31,242 nt of DNA from positions 1-31,242 of the forward strand of contig CAJWCX010000001.1 in assembly GCA_913031405.1 (NCBI GenBank), given 5' to 3'. Within the stretch, counting starts at the first letter, position 1. Each line of letters begins with the position of its first letter. The position numbers were made by a program, and so were the translations under genes. Below, piece by piece: positions 1 to 8,825 of the stretch. This DNA comes from an uncultured Flavobacteriales bacterium. GTDB lineage: Bacteria > Bacteroidota > Bacteroidia > Flavobacteriales_D > Crocinitomicaceae. The notes below the pieces were generated by a model, which saw only the letters and a list, made by a program, of their open reading frames with translations, was not told the DNA's origin and made no database searches.

Positions 1-2153
1 CTGCTTTCAAAATCAAAGACAACATTTCCCCAACGATTGAAAATGATTAGTCTTAGAACAGATAGGTTCTTTGACTCAAGGAAAAACTCTTCATTGGACT
101 CTTCAGTATCTCCATTGGGCGTAAAAACGTTTGGCGCCGTTACAATTGGATCTGGAGGCACGGGGTAAATACATGAACCGTCATCAATAGTCGCTAACTC
201 ATTATAGTTTTCAGCAACAGGGTCCATACATCCACAAATCTCAATTTGGATTTGGACAGTAGTGGAATCCTTACAAAAATCGCCTTGAGAGACAACCAAC
301 TGAGCAATAAAACTAGAAGAGGAAGGAGAGTCGTACGTATAATAAAAAACACCTAATTCATTACTAGAATCGCCAGTTCCATCACCATAGGTGATGTCAT
401 ACGAATCCCCATTCTCACTTGAGGAATAATCAAAAGTGACGGCTAATGGGCCACATCCAGAACTCGGGCTGGCAACCAGGTTAGCTATTGGAGGGTTCAG
501 TAGATCGACAAAAGCGGAATCAGATGTAACGCAAACAGCGTCCTCAACAGTTACGTAATACCATCCTGAGGCCAAATCAATCCAAACAGAAGCTGCGGGG
601 CCCGTCTGTCCCCCTGAACCTGCCCATGAATAATAAACTGTTTGTTGTGGTGTCGTTGTTTCTCCGCTGACCATTGCGGACACATATCCATCAGGTTGAC
701 AGGTTGCGGGACCAACCAAGATAGTATCGATGCTAAGTGTTTGATTCAACGTAATGGTCACTGTGTCTATGGCGCTAAAATCACAATTGTCTGTAGCTTC
801 GACTATAACGTCAAGAGTTCCGTTTTCTGAAATTCCTTGATATATCGAATCCCCTATATCAACTAGGCCGCCTTCAATGTCGAACCATTCATAGGTATAG
901 GGAGCATAGCCCCCTGACGCGGAGGCACCAATAAGAACGCTGTCACTAGCACACAAAATTAGGGTGTCTGATTCGTCGATGTTGATAATTGGACCATCAC
1001 CAATATAAATCACCCCCGAAGAAACAATCGTATCACCACAGATATTTACCAATTCTACCGTTACTGTTACAGATTCAAATCCTTCATTTAATCCATCTTG
1101 AAAAGGAGTAAGAGTAACTATTACAGTATCCTCTCCAGGTAAAAAAACAATAGAATCAGGTATGTTATTGTAGTCCTCTGCCTCAATAGCCACACCGCCT
1201 ACTTCGTAGCTAATAATAAGTGTATCTGCTGTATCACTCTCTGGTCTTGTAAAAATAAAATTCGCATCTGTGCATCCTTCCACTATTGTTGAGTCGCCTG
1301 AAACCGTTGCTACTGAAACATTTACAGCATCAGAAACAAAACTTCCCGCTTGTAGAAAAACTCCTGAATCATATGACTGATCAAAAACATTCGCAATAGC
1401 CAGTTTAATGTGATATATCTCATTACAACTAACCGATGCCGATGCCGCTAACTGCACCGTTGTTCCATCGTACTGTATTGCATCTCCATATGTGGAATTA
1501 GGTGATTCATTAAAAACATAATACGCCGTATTTGTTTCATCACCAACATTATTTATTGTTACAGGAATATTTCCAGGTATTACAGCTATGTTGGCACCCC
1601 CATTTGGATAACCTGCAAGAGCATGTGGGCCATTAATGCCTGGACCCCAAAGAAATAATCCGAATGCATCATTAAAGCTCGATGGGGAAAATTCCGGATA
1701 CTCGTCAGATCCAAATATATAATTAAAACTGACTGTATCTCCCGATGGGACGAAGTCAAACTCTAAAACCACTCCATTGGTTACGTTGCCATTGGCTACA
1801 GCCGATAAGTGCGGGTCAGAGGCAACATTTGATGTAGCAGGTATATTATCCGTATGGCTTCCAGAATTGTTTGGCCCAATAGCTCCCGTGCCATTTCCTG
1901 TTGTTAGAAGCAACCCTGAACCAAAGGGAAATAAAGAGTTTGTATTTGAAAAATAAGTAACATTTGGAACTGGAGATTCAGCCGTTAAAGAATTCCCATT
2001 TATGGTTACATTAAAAGCATTTACCCCTTGTCCTAATAAGACATCATTAACCAACTGAGTTGGAGTCTGAGTATTGGACACAACTATTGACTGTGCTTCA
2101 AAACTGCTTACAATAGCTAAGACAAATATGCTACTTACAATAAAACCTTTCAA
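1..2153 (-). CDS. T9SS type-B (gliding motility-associated CTD) surface protein: choice-of-anchor L, Calx-beta-like, SprB-like repeats, PKD, GCxDP Cys motif; 3' end runs off the window
   Basis: Manual minus-strand translation from TTG at 2153 (in-frame TAA just upstream); every segment translated was open, and the ORF lacks a stop in the window, so it is absent from the ORF track. Signal-peptide-like start LKGFIVSSIFVLAIVSSFEAQ. Choice-of-anchor L motifs TPTQLVNDVLLG, LEFDFVP, FGSDEYPEF, FNDAFG, HIKLAIA, YDSGVFL. ASGGYAPYTYEW (SprB-like). SGCGPLAVTF..YGDG (PKD). C-terminal PNVFTPNGD...IFNRWG. Confidence 0.9.
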   Translation of the reverse strand, partial: MKGFIVSSIFVLAIVSSFEAQSIVVSNTQTPTQLVNDVLLGQGVNAFNVTINGNSLTAESPVPNVTYFSNTNSLFPFGSGLLLTTGNGTGAIGPNNSGSHTDNIPATSNVASDPHLSAVANGNVTNGVVLEFDFVPSGDTVSFNYIFGSDEYPEFSPSSFNDAFGLFLWGPGINGPHALAGYPNGGANIAVIPGNIPVTINNVGDETNTAYYVFNESPNSTYGDAIQYDGTTVQLAASASVSCNEIYHIKLAIANVFDQSYDSGVFLQAGSFVSDAVNVSVATVSGDSTIVEGCTDANFIFTRPESDTADTLIISYEVGGVAIEAEDYNNIPDSIVFLPGEDTVIVTLTPFQDGLNEGFESVTVTVELVNICGDTIVSSGVIYIGDGPIINIDESDTLILCASDSVLIGASASGGYAPYTYEWFDIEGGLVDIGDSIYQGISENGTLDVIVEATDNCDFSAIDTVTITLNQTLSIDTILVGPATCQPDGYVSAMVSGETTTPQQTVYYSWAGSGGQTGPAASVWIDLASGWYYVTVEDAVCVTSDSAFVDLLNPPIANLVASPSSGCGPLAVTFDYSSSENGDSYDITYGDGTGDSSNELGVFYYTYDSPSSSSFIAQLVVSQGDFCKDSTTVQIQIEICGCMDPVAENYNELATIDDGSCIYPVPPDPIVTAPNVFTPNGDTEESNEEFFLESKNLSVLRLIIFNRWGNVVFDFES

Positions 2154-2222
2154 ATCAGCAATAATTTCAAGTTAATTCATTTTCTGTCATAAAGACTATT
2201 ATGAAGTCCATTAAGTTGCATG

Positions 2223-2230
2223 CAAAATTA
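2223..2230 (-). promoter_or_regulatory. Bacteroidota sigma-70 -7 element (TAATTTTG) upstream of the T9SS surface protein
   Basis: Exact TAnnTTTG match on the minus strand about 70 nt upstream of the TTG start. Confidence 0.5.
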
Positions 2231-2287
2231 AGCATTTATTAAGTACTTAAAAAAAAGCATTATTTTGGTCGCTAAATTTAGATCAAT

Positions 2288-3676
2288 ATGCACCAAACTC
2301 AAGCCTACATATCCTCAAATAAAAAGCGTTTTTTAGACGAACTTTTAGATCTATTAAGCATTCCATCTATTTCGGCAGATTCATCCTACAATGAGCACGT
2401 TGAGAAATGCGCAAAAAAACTTTCAAAAAACCTAAGGAAAATCGGACTTTCTAATGTCGAGATTTATTCAACTGCAGGACACCCCATTGTTTATGGAGAA
2501 AAAATAATTGACCCTAAACTGCCAACAGTGCTCATTTATGGCCATTATGATGTTCAACCCGCAGACCCTCTAGATTTATGGGATTCTGACCCCTTTAACC
2601 CCGTTATACGAAAAACACAATTACACCCTGAGGGAGCTATTTTTGCAAGAGGGGCTTGCGACGATAAAGGACAAATGTTTATGCATGTTAAAGCTGTTGA
2701 AGCTATGATTGCATCTGAAGAGCTGAAGTGTAATGTGAAATTTATGATTGAAGGTGAAGAAGAGGTTGGAAGTGAGAACCTTGCGATTTTCGTTAAAAAC
2801 CAAAAAGAACTATTAGATGCAGATATTATCCTTGTATCTGATACCGGAATGCTGGCCAATGATGTACCATCAATAACAACAGGTCTTCGCGGCCTAAGCT
2901 ATGTTGAGGTTGAAGTAACGGGGCCAAACAGAGATCTTCACTCCGGACTTTATGGTGGATGTGTAGCAAATCCGATAAATATTCTATGCGACATGATTAG
3001 CCAACTTCAAAATAAAGACCTGAGCATCTCTATTCCGGGTTTTTATGATCAGGTTATCAATCTATCTATGGAAGAAAGAAATGAAATGTCTAAAGCGCCC
3101 TTTTCACATGATGCATATTGCAAGTCAATCGACATCAATGACACCCACGGAGAAAAAGATTTCTCGACAATGGAGAGGGGTTCCATTCGCCCAACTTTAG
3201 ATGTTAATGGAATCTGGGGTGGTTATACAGGAGAAGGTGCAAAAACAGTGATCCCCTCAAAGGCCTATGCAAAAATATCTATGCGACTGGTTCCGAATCA
3301 AGATCCTGAGGAAATCACAAGGCTTTTCTGTGATCACTTTGTTTCCATTGCTCCTGATGGAGTCCGCGTTAGAGTCACCCCTCATCACGGGGGAGAGCCC
3401 GCAGTCACCCCGGTGGATTCAACAGGTTATCAGGCAGCTAGTTATGCCTATGAAAAGTCTTTTGGGAAAAAACCTATTCCAGTTAGAAGTGGCGGAAGTA
3501 TTCCCATTATAGCAATGTTCGAAAAAGAACTAGGTCTGAAGACGGTTCTCATGGGATTTGGTCTGGATAGTGATGCCATACATTCACCCAACGAACATTA
3601 TGGTCTCTTTAATTTTTACAAAGGCATTGAAACTATTCCTTATTTTTTCGAATCATTTTCACAACTATCAAAATAA
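2288..3676 (+). CDS. M20 family metallo-dipeptidase (ArgE/DapE-like fold)
   Basis: Metal-binding motifs GHYDVQP, RGACDDKGQ, EGEEE, SDT, IHSPNE; 462 aa. Confidence 0.9.
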   Translation: MHQTQAYISSNKKRFLDELLDLLSIPSISADSSYNEHVEKCAKKLSKNLRKIGLSNVEIYSTAGHPIVYGEKIIDPKLPTVLIYGHYDVQPADPLDLWDSDPFNPVIRKTQLHPEGAIFARGACDDKGQMFMHVKAVEAMIASEELKCNVKFMIEGEEEVGSENLAIFVKNQKELLDADIILVSDTGMLANDVPSITTGLRGLSYVEVEVTGPNRDLHSGLYGGCVANPINILCDMISQLQNKDLSISIPGFYDQVINLSMEERNEMSKAPFSHDAYCKSIDINDTHGEKDFSTMERGSIRPTLDVNGIWGGYTGEGAKTVIPSKAYAKISMRLVPNQDPEEITRLFCDHFVSIAPDGVRVRVTPHHGGEPAVTPVDSTGYQAASYAYEKSFGKKPIPVRSGGSIPIIAMFEKELGLKTVLMGFGLDSDAIHSPNEHYGLFNFYKGIETIPYFFESFSQLSK

Positions 3677-3677
3677 T

Positions 3678-4136
3678 ATGAAAACATTTTTATTTGGTTT
3701 CAGTCTCTTTTTTTTGTCCGCCTGCGCCACCATTCAGCAACCGGAAATCGTTTCTTTTAATGGGGTTTCTGATTTCAAAATGTCTTCGGGTAAAATTCTC
3801 TTTACGGTTTCTGCTGATGTGAAGAACCCAAATGGACATAGGTTTAAGCTATTTCCTTCTCAATTAGATGTCATAATTGATGGTAAAAAACTAGGGCAAT
3901 TGAGTAATCCAGACAAACACATTTTGAAAAGAAAGGAAACAAGCAGTGTGTCTGTACCACTTGTTGCCGAAATTGAGAAAGGATCATTACTGCGGTTAAC
4001 AACTCTTGCTTTAAAAGACTCGGTTGAAATTCAGTTTTTTGGTGACATTACGGCAGGATTCAGTATCTTTAAAAAGAAGGTTCCATTTGAAGAATCATTT
4101 AAAACTTCAACGCGCTTTTTAAAATTGAACAACTGA
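3678..4136 (+). CDS. LEA type 2 (WHy-like) family lipoprotein
   Basis: Start moved to ATG 3678 (track gives 3558, overlapping the dipeptidase). MKTFLFGFSLFFLSAC is a lipobox signal. V.NPN...L......IDG..LG pattern typical of LEA_2. Confidence 0.7.
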   Translation: MKTFLFGFSLFFLSACATIQQPEIVSFNGVSDFKMSSGKILFTVSADVKNPNGHRFKLFPSQLDVIIDGKKLGQLSNPDKHILKRKETSSVSVPLVAEIEKGSLLRLTTLALKDSVEIQFFGDITAGFSIFKKKVPFEESFKTSTRFLKLNN

Positions 4137-6976
4137 TGCTATCGGCAGATATTGAAAAAAAACTTTTCTTACTTGATGCGTATGCACTAATTTATAGGGC
4201 CTACTTTGCATTCTCAAAAAACCCAAGGATCAATTCAAGAGGAGAAAACACCTCTGCTGCATTTGGTTTTACGAACGTCCTTATAGACATCATAAAAAAT
4301 GAGAAGCCCTCTCATATTGCTGTTGTTTTTGACCCTCCAGGGGGCTCTGTTCAGCGACAAGAGGATTACACTGAATATAAGGCTAATCGAGAGGAAATGC
4401 CTGAAGACATACGCTCTATGATAGCGCCAATAAAAGAGCTAATAAGGGCGTTTAACATTGAAGTTTTGGAAGTTGCTGGCTTTGAAGCAGACGATGTTAT
4501 TGGGTCGCTATCTAAGTATGCAGAAAAAAATGGCTTTACAACCTATATGATGACCCCCGACAAGGATTATGCGCAGCTTGTAAGTGCAAATACATTTATT
4601 TATAAGCCAGGAAGAGGCGGTGCGCCTGCTCAAGTCTTGGGGGTAAAGGAGGTTTGTGAAAAGTTCGAGGTTTCTGACCCCATACAGGTCATTGATATAT
4701 TAGGTCTTTGGGGTGATTCATCAGACAACATTCCCGGAATTCCCGGAATCGGTGAAAAAACATCTAAATTACTTGTTTCAAAGTACGGATCTGTTGAGGG
4801 TTTGATTGCCAACGTCGAAGAACTGAAGGGGAAGCAGAAAGAAAACGTTATTAACTTTCAAGAGCAGGGATTGCTTTCCAAAAAGTTGGCAACCATCATA
4901 ACAGACATTGAACTCGAATTTGACGAGCAAAAACTTTTGCTAAAAGAATTAGATCGAAAAAAAATCAAAGACATCTTTACGGAGTTGGAATTTAGAAACC
5001 TTTCAAAACGTGTTTTGGGTGAAGAACTTGTTGTTAAAACAGGGTCTAATAATGTGGTCGAAACCAAGAAAGAAAACTCCAAGGAAAAAGAAACAGTGCA
5101 ACTGGACTTATTTGGTGCTCAAAGCATGATCGAAGACAGAGATGTTGAGGAGACAGCAAGTTTAAAAACCATTGTTACAGAAAAAGCAAAGTATCATTTG
5201 GTCAACGATGAGGAACAGCTCAAAGAATTAATCCAATTGCTAAACAGGCAAAAAGAAGTTTGCTTTGATACGGAAACCTCCTCGCTTGAGGCAAGAAAAG
5301 CGGAACTTGTCGGGATATCCTTCTCCTTTAAACCAAAAGAGGCTTATTACGTACCCATTTTTGAAAGCAAAACATTAGAAGAAAATAGAATTCAAAGGTT
5401 TAAAGACTTTTTTTTAAACACTTCTATTCTCAAAATTGGGCACAACCTTAAGTACGATATTAAGGTGCTCAATCGCTATGGATTATCCCTCTCTCAGAAT
5501 TGTTTTGATACCATGATTGCTCATTATCTCATTAATCCAGAGGCAAGACAGAGCATGGACTTTTTAGCGGGTTTCTACCTGAATTACAAAACAATATCCA
5601 TTGAGGACTTGATTGGAAAAAAAGGCAAAAATCAAAAAAGCATGAAAGACCTTTCACCTGAAATGGTTTGTGACTATGCTTGCGAGGATGCTGATATTAC
5701 ATTTCAACTTAAACAACATTTTGAAGAAGAAATCAACAAGCCCCATTTAAAAAGCCTGTTTTATGATGTGGAAATGCCCCTTATGTTTGTCCTGAAAAAC
5801 ATGGAAAATGAAGGAATTTCACTTGATAAATCGGCATTAAATACATTTGGAAAAGAGGTTGAAAAAGACCTCATTCGATTGAGCGATGAAATAACAAAAT
5901 TGGCTGGGGTGCCTTTCAATATTGACTCCCCCCGACAGCTTGGAGAGATTCTTTTCGACCGGTTAAAAATTGCCTCGAAAGCAAAAAAAACAAAATCCGG
6001 TCAATATGCAACATCCGAAGACGTTTTAGTTAAGTATCGGAAGCAACATCCCATTGTTGAAAATATTTTAGAATATCGCCAACTCAAAAAACTCAAGAGT
6101 ACTTATATCGACCCACTGCCAGAATTATGTGATGAAACAGATGGAAGAATTCACTCACATTTCATGCAAACCGTTACTGCTACTGGCCGGCTAAGCTCAA
6201 ACAACCCGAATCTTCAAAATATCCCTATTCGTTCTGAAAAAGGAAAAGAGATTCGAAAGGCCTTTGTTCCAAGAGATAAGAACCACCTTTTGATGGCTGC
6301 CGATTACTCTCAAATTGAGCTTAGAATAATTGCTGCCCTGAGTGATGACCAAGCGATGATAAATGCGTTTTCAAAAGGAATAGACATTCATGCGGCAACG
6401 GCTTCAAAAGTCTTTGATACCAGCGTCTCTGAGGTTTCGAGAGAGCAAAGATCACAGGCCAAGGCGGTCAATTTTGGGATCATTTATGGACAATCTGCAT
6501 TTGGCCTTTCTCAAACCCTTGGAATACCGAGAAAAGAAGCAAAAGCGATTATTGATAGCTATTTTGAGCAATACCCTACCATTAAAAAATACATGGAGAA
6601 TGTGGTTGCACAGTCTCGTGATAAAGGTTATGTGGAAACATTACTCAAAAGAAGACGCTATCTACCAGATATAAATAGTACCAATGCCATTGTTCGCGGA
6701 TACGCGGAAAGAAATGCAATTAACGCACCAATTCAAGGATCTGCTGCCGACATTATCAAGCTGGCTATGATCAATGTCCAAAAAGCAATTGAATCAAAAG
6801 GTCTCAAATCTAAAATGATTCTTCAGGTACATGACGAATTGGTATTTGATGTCCTTAAAGAGGAACAATCGGAACTTGAGTTTATTGTCAAGGAAAACAT
6901 GGAGGGCGCTATAGACTTATCGGTTCCTTTGGATATAGAATACAAAGTAGCCGAAAATTGGCTAGAGGCACATTAA
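4136..6976 (+). CDS. polA: DNA polymerase I
   Basis: 5'-3' exonuclease (LLDAYALIYRAYFA, EADDVIG, DSSDNIPG); 3'-5' exonuclease motifs FDTET, HNLKYD, YACEDAD; polymerase motifs DYSQIELR, KAVNFGIIYG, QVHDEL; TGATG overlap with the upstream gene. Confidence 0.99.
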   Translation: MLSADIEKKLFLLDAYALIYRAYFAFSKNPRINSRGENTSAAFGFTNVLIDIIKNEKPSHIAVVFDPPGGSVQRQEDYTEYKANREEMPEDIRSMIAPIKELIRAFNIEVLEVAGFEADDVIGSLSKYAEKNGFTTYMMTPDKDYAQLVSANTFIYKPGRGGAPAQVLGVKEVCEKFEVSDPIQVIDILGLWGDSSDNIPGIPGIGEKTSKLLVSKYGSVEGLIANVEELKGKQKENVINFQEQGLLSKKLATIITDIELEFDEQKLLLKELDRKKIKDIFTELEFRNLSKRVLGEELVVKTGSNNVVETKKENSKEKETVQLDLFGAQSMIEDRDVEETASLKTIVTEKAKYHLVNDEEQLKELIQLLNRQKEVCFDTETSSLEARKAELVGISFSFKPKEAYYVPIFESKTLEENRIQRFKDFFLNTSILKIGHNLKYDIKVLNRYGLSLSQNCFDTMIAHYLINPEARQSMDFLAGFYLNYKTISIEDLIGKKGKNQKSMKDLSPEMVCDYACEDADITFQLKQHFEEEINKPHLKSLFYDVEMPLMFVLKNMENEGISLDKSALNTFGKEVEKDLIRLSDEITKLAGVPFNIDSPRQLGEILFDRLKIASKAKKTKSGQYATSEDVLVKYRKQHPIVENILEYRQLKKLKSTYIDPLPELCDETDGRIHSHFMQTVTATGRLSSNNPNLQNIPIRSEKGKEIRKAFVPRDKNHLLMAADYSQIELRIIAALSDDQAMINAFSKGIDIHAATASKVFDTSVSEVSREQRSQAKAVNFGIIYGQSAFGLSQTLGIPRKEAKAIIDSYFEQYPTIKKYMENVVAQSRDKGYVETLLKRRRYLPDINSTNAIVRGYAERNAINAPIQGSAADIIKLAMINVQKAIESKGLKSKMILQVHDELVFDVLKEEQSELEFIVKENMEGAIDLSVPLDIEYKVAENWLEAH

Positions 6977-7025
6977 GAATATGTTAATCAACCTTAAATA
7001 TACCAACTGACCTCACGAATAGTTG

Positions 7026-7033
7026 TATCTTTG
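7026..7033 (+). promoter_or_regulatory. Bacteroidota -7 element (TATCTTTG) upstream of rseP
   Basis: Exact TAnnTTTG match about 20 nt before ATG 7053. Confidence 0.55.
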
Positions 7034-7052
7034 TGTTTCAATTTTTTAAAAA

Positions 7053-8474
7053 ATGGACATTTGGATTAAGGCGGCACAGCTATTTTTATCTCTCGCTATT
7101 CTTGTTACCCTTCACGAACTAGGGCACTTTATTCCTGCTAAGTTATTTAAAACCAGGATTGAAAAGTTTTATCTTTTTTTTAACCCTTGGTTTTCGCTCT
7201 TTCGCTACAAACGAGTAAATGGGAAAAAGAAATATGTTTGGATTACGAAAGAATCCCCTGAAGATTGGAAAGAAGACGAGAAAACAACCGAGTGGGGTCT
7301 TGGCTGGCTTCCTTTAGGTGGTTATGTGAAAATAGCAGGAATGATAGACGAATCCATGGACAAAGAGCAGATGGAAAAACCGCCTGAGCCTTGGGAGTTC
7401 AGATCAAAGCCTGCTTGGCAAAGACTCATTATTATGATTGGCGGAGTTACTGTCAATCTGATTTTAGGTTTCTTTATTTACACCATGGTTCTATTTACTT
7501 GGGGACAGGTTCAAATTGATACCGAAAAAATGACTCATGGCGCAAGTATACACCCTTATCTTGGCGATAAGTACGGGCTGTATTCCGGCGATGTTATTCT
7601 AAAGGTGGACGGGGAAGAAGCTCCCCATTTAGATGAGTTGAATAAAATCATTATGCTCCGAGATATTTCTAATATCACCGTGAGGCATGAAGATGGGAAA
7701 ATTGAAACCGTAAACCTGCCTAAAGATATTGGCTCAGAACTCTTCCGAGCCGGAGCATTTCCTGCATTCGGGATGAGAATGAAAAATGCATCCGTTCAAA
7801 GTGTTGGGTCTGGATCGGGGGCGGAGAAAGCAGGCATCTTACCTGAAGACGTCCTTTACTCTGTAAACCAAAAAGACGTGACTTATTTTGATCAAATTCA
7901 ATCCTTACTATACAGCAATAAAGGAGACTCTGTTGACCTGTGTGTTCTAAGAAAGGTAGGCGGTGCGAATTTAGATACCGTGACTCTTCGTTCGGCTGTT
8001 GATAAGGATGGTAAAATTGGTTTTGGAGTAGGAATGGGATCCATTGAAGATTCCTCAGCGGTGACAACAATAAAATATGGTTTTTTAGAAAGCATTGTTA
8101 AGGGCACTCAGTATGGGATGAACACCTTATCCGATTATGTCGCTCAATTCAAATTTATTTTTACTAAAAAAGGGGCTGGTTCAATTGGCGGTTTTGCTGC
8201 AATTGGAAATATGTTTCCGCCTGTGTGGGATTGGCAAGCATTTTGGTTAAACACAGCATTGTTATCTATTATTTTGGCCTTTATGAATATTTTACCCATT
8301 CCCGCTTTAGATGGTGGTCATGTCGTATTTTTAGTTTATGAAATGGTCACTGGTAAAGAGGCTCCGCAGCGTGTTTTAGAGATTGCTCAATACGTGGGGA
8401 TTTTCCTTTTGTTGGGACTCATGATTTATGCGAATGGAAACGATTTAATTCGTTGGATTAATGGTGCTTTTTAA
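7053..8474 (+). CDS. rseP: RIP metalloprotease RseP (M50, PDZ domains)
   Basis: HELGH zinc motif, LPLGGYVKIAG, GGVTVN, NILPIPALDGGH. Confidence 0.95.
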   Translation: MDIWIKAAQLFLSLAILVTLHELGHFIPAKLFKTRIEKFYLFFNPWFSLFRYKRVNGKKKYVWITKESPEDWKEDEKTTEWGLGWLPLGGYVKIAGMIDESMDKEQMEKPPEPWEFRSKPAWQRLIIMIGGVTVNLILGFFIYTMVLFTWGQVQIDTEKMTHGASIHPYLGDKYGLYSGDVILKVDGEEAPHLDELNKIIMLRDISNITVRHEDGKIETVNLPKDIGSELFRAGAFPAFGMRMKNASVQSVGSGSGAEKAGILPEDVLYSVNQKDVTYFDQIQSLLYSNKGDSVDLCVLRKVGGANLDTVTLRSAVDKDGKIGFGVGMGSIEDSSAVTTIKYGFLESIVKGTQYGMNTLSDYVAQFKFIFTKKGAGSIGGFAAIGNMFPPVWDWQAFWLNTALLSIILAFMNILPIPALDGGHVVFLVYEMVTGKEAPQRVLEIAQYVGIFLLLGLMIYANGNDLIRWINGAF

Positions 8475-8512
8475 ATCAAATCATTTTTTGTTTCTTTACA
8501 AAAATTTGCACA

Positions 8513-8734
8513 ATGAATACTAGAAATAACAAACCTATCTTTTTGTTCTCGATGATTTCTGCGGGATTTATCCTTTTTTCTTGTGGAGCGCCAGGGGCTT
8601 GTGAATGCAAGAAAAACGCTGGCCTAGGCAGCAAAGCTGATTCAACTACGACCAATGAATGTAAGGATGCTTTTGAGGCCCTTTCTAGAGAAGAAAAAAA
8701 CGAGTATAAAGAAGAGTATACAGCTTGTAAATAA
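8513..8734 (+). CDS. Small Cys-rich hypothetical lipoprotein (73 aa)
   Basis: Hydrophobic signal ending LFSC (lipobox), then ACEC...C...C; sits alone between rseP and paaZ on the same strand. Confidence 0.65.
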   Translation: MNTRNNKPIFLFSMISAGFILFSCGAPGACECKKNAGLGSKADSTTTNECKDAFEALSREEKNEYKEEYTACK

Positions 8735-8772
8735 GCAATCATAAACAATTCTTTTTTCTTTTCCTATCACAT

Positions 8773-8804
8773 TTTGTGACTGTCTAATAACTTGGTTATC
8801 TTTA
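8773..8804 (+). promoter_or_regulatory. Bacteroidota -33/-7 promoter for paaZ
   Basis: TTTG (8773-8776), 20-nt spacer, TATCTTTA (8797-8804; one mismatch to TAnnTTTG). Confidence 0.5.
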
Positions 8805-8825
8805 GACGTTTTCAATTAATTATTC

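Noticed and set aside
642-830. 62-aa plus-strand ORF in the track
   Set aside because: Antisense shadow of the T9SS surface-protein CDS; no recognisable motif
4729-4750. ATTCCCGGAATTCCCGGAATC repeat/palindrome
   Set aside because: Simply encodes the conserved IPGIPGI helix-hairpin motif of PolA
8476-8748. 90-aa minus-strand ORF overlapping the small lipoprotein
   Set aside because: The plus-strand ORF has a lipobox and matches the orientation of flanking genes; the minus ORF has no features
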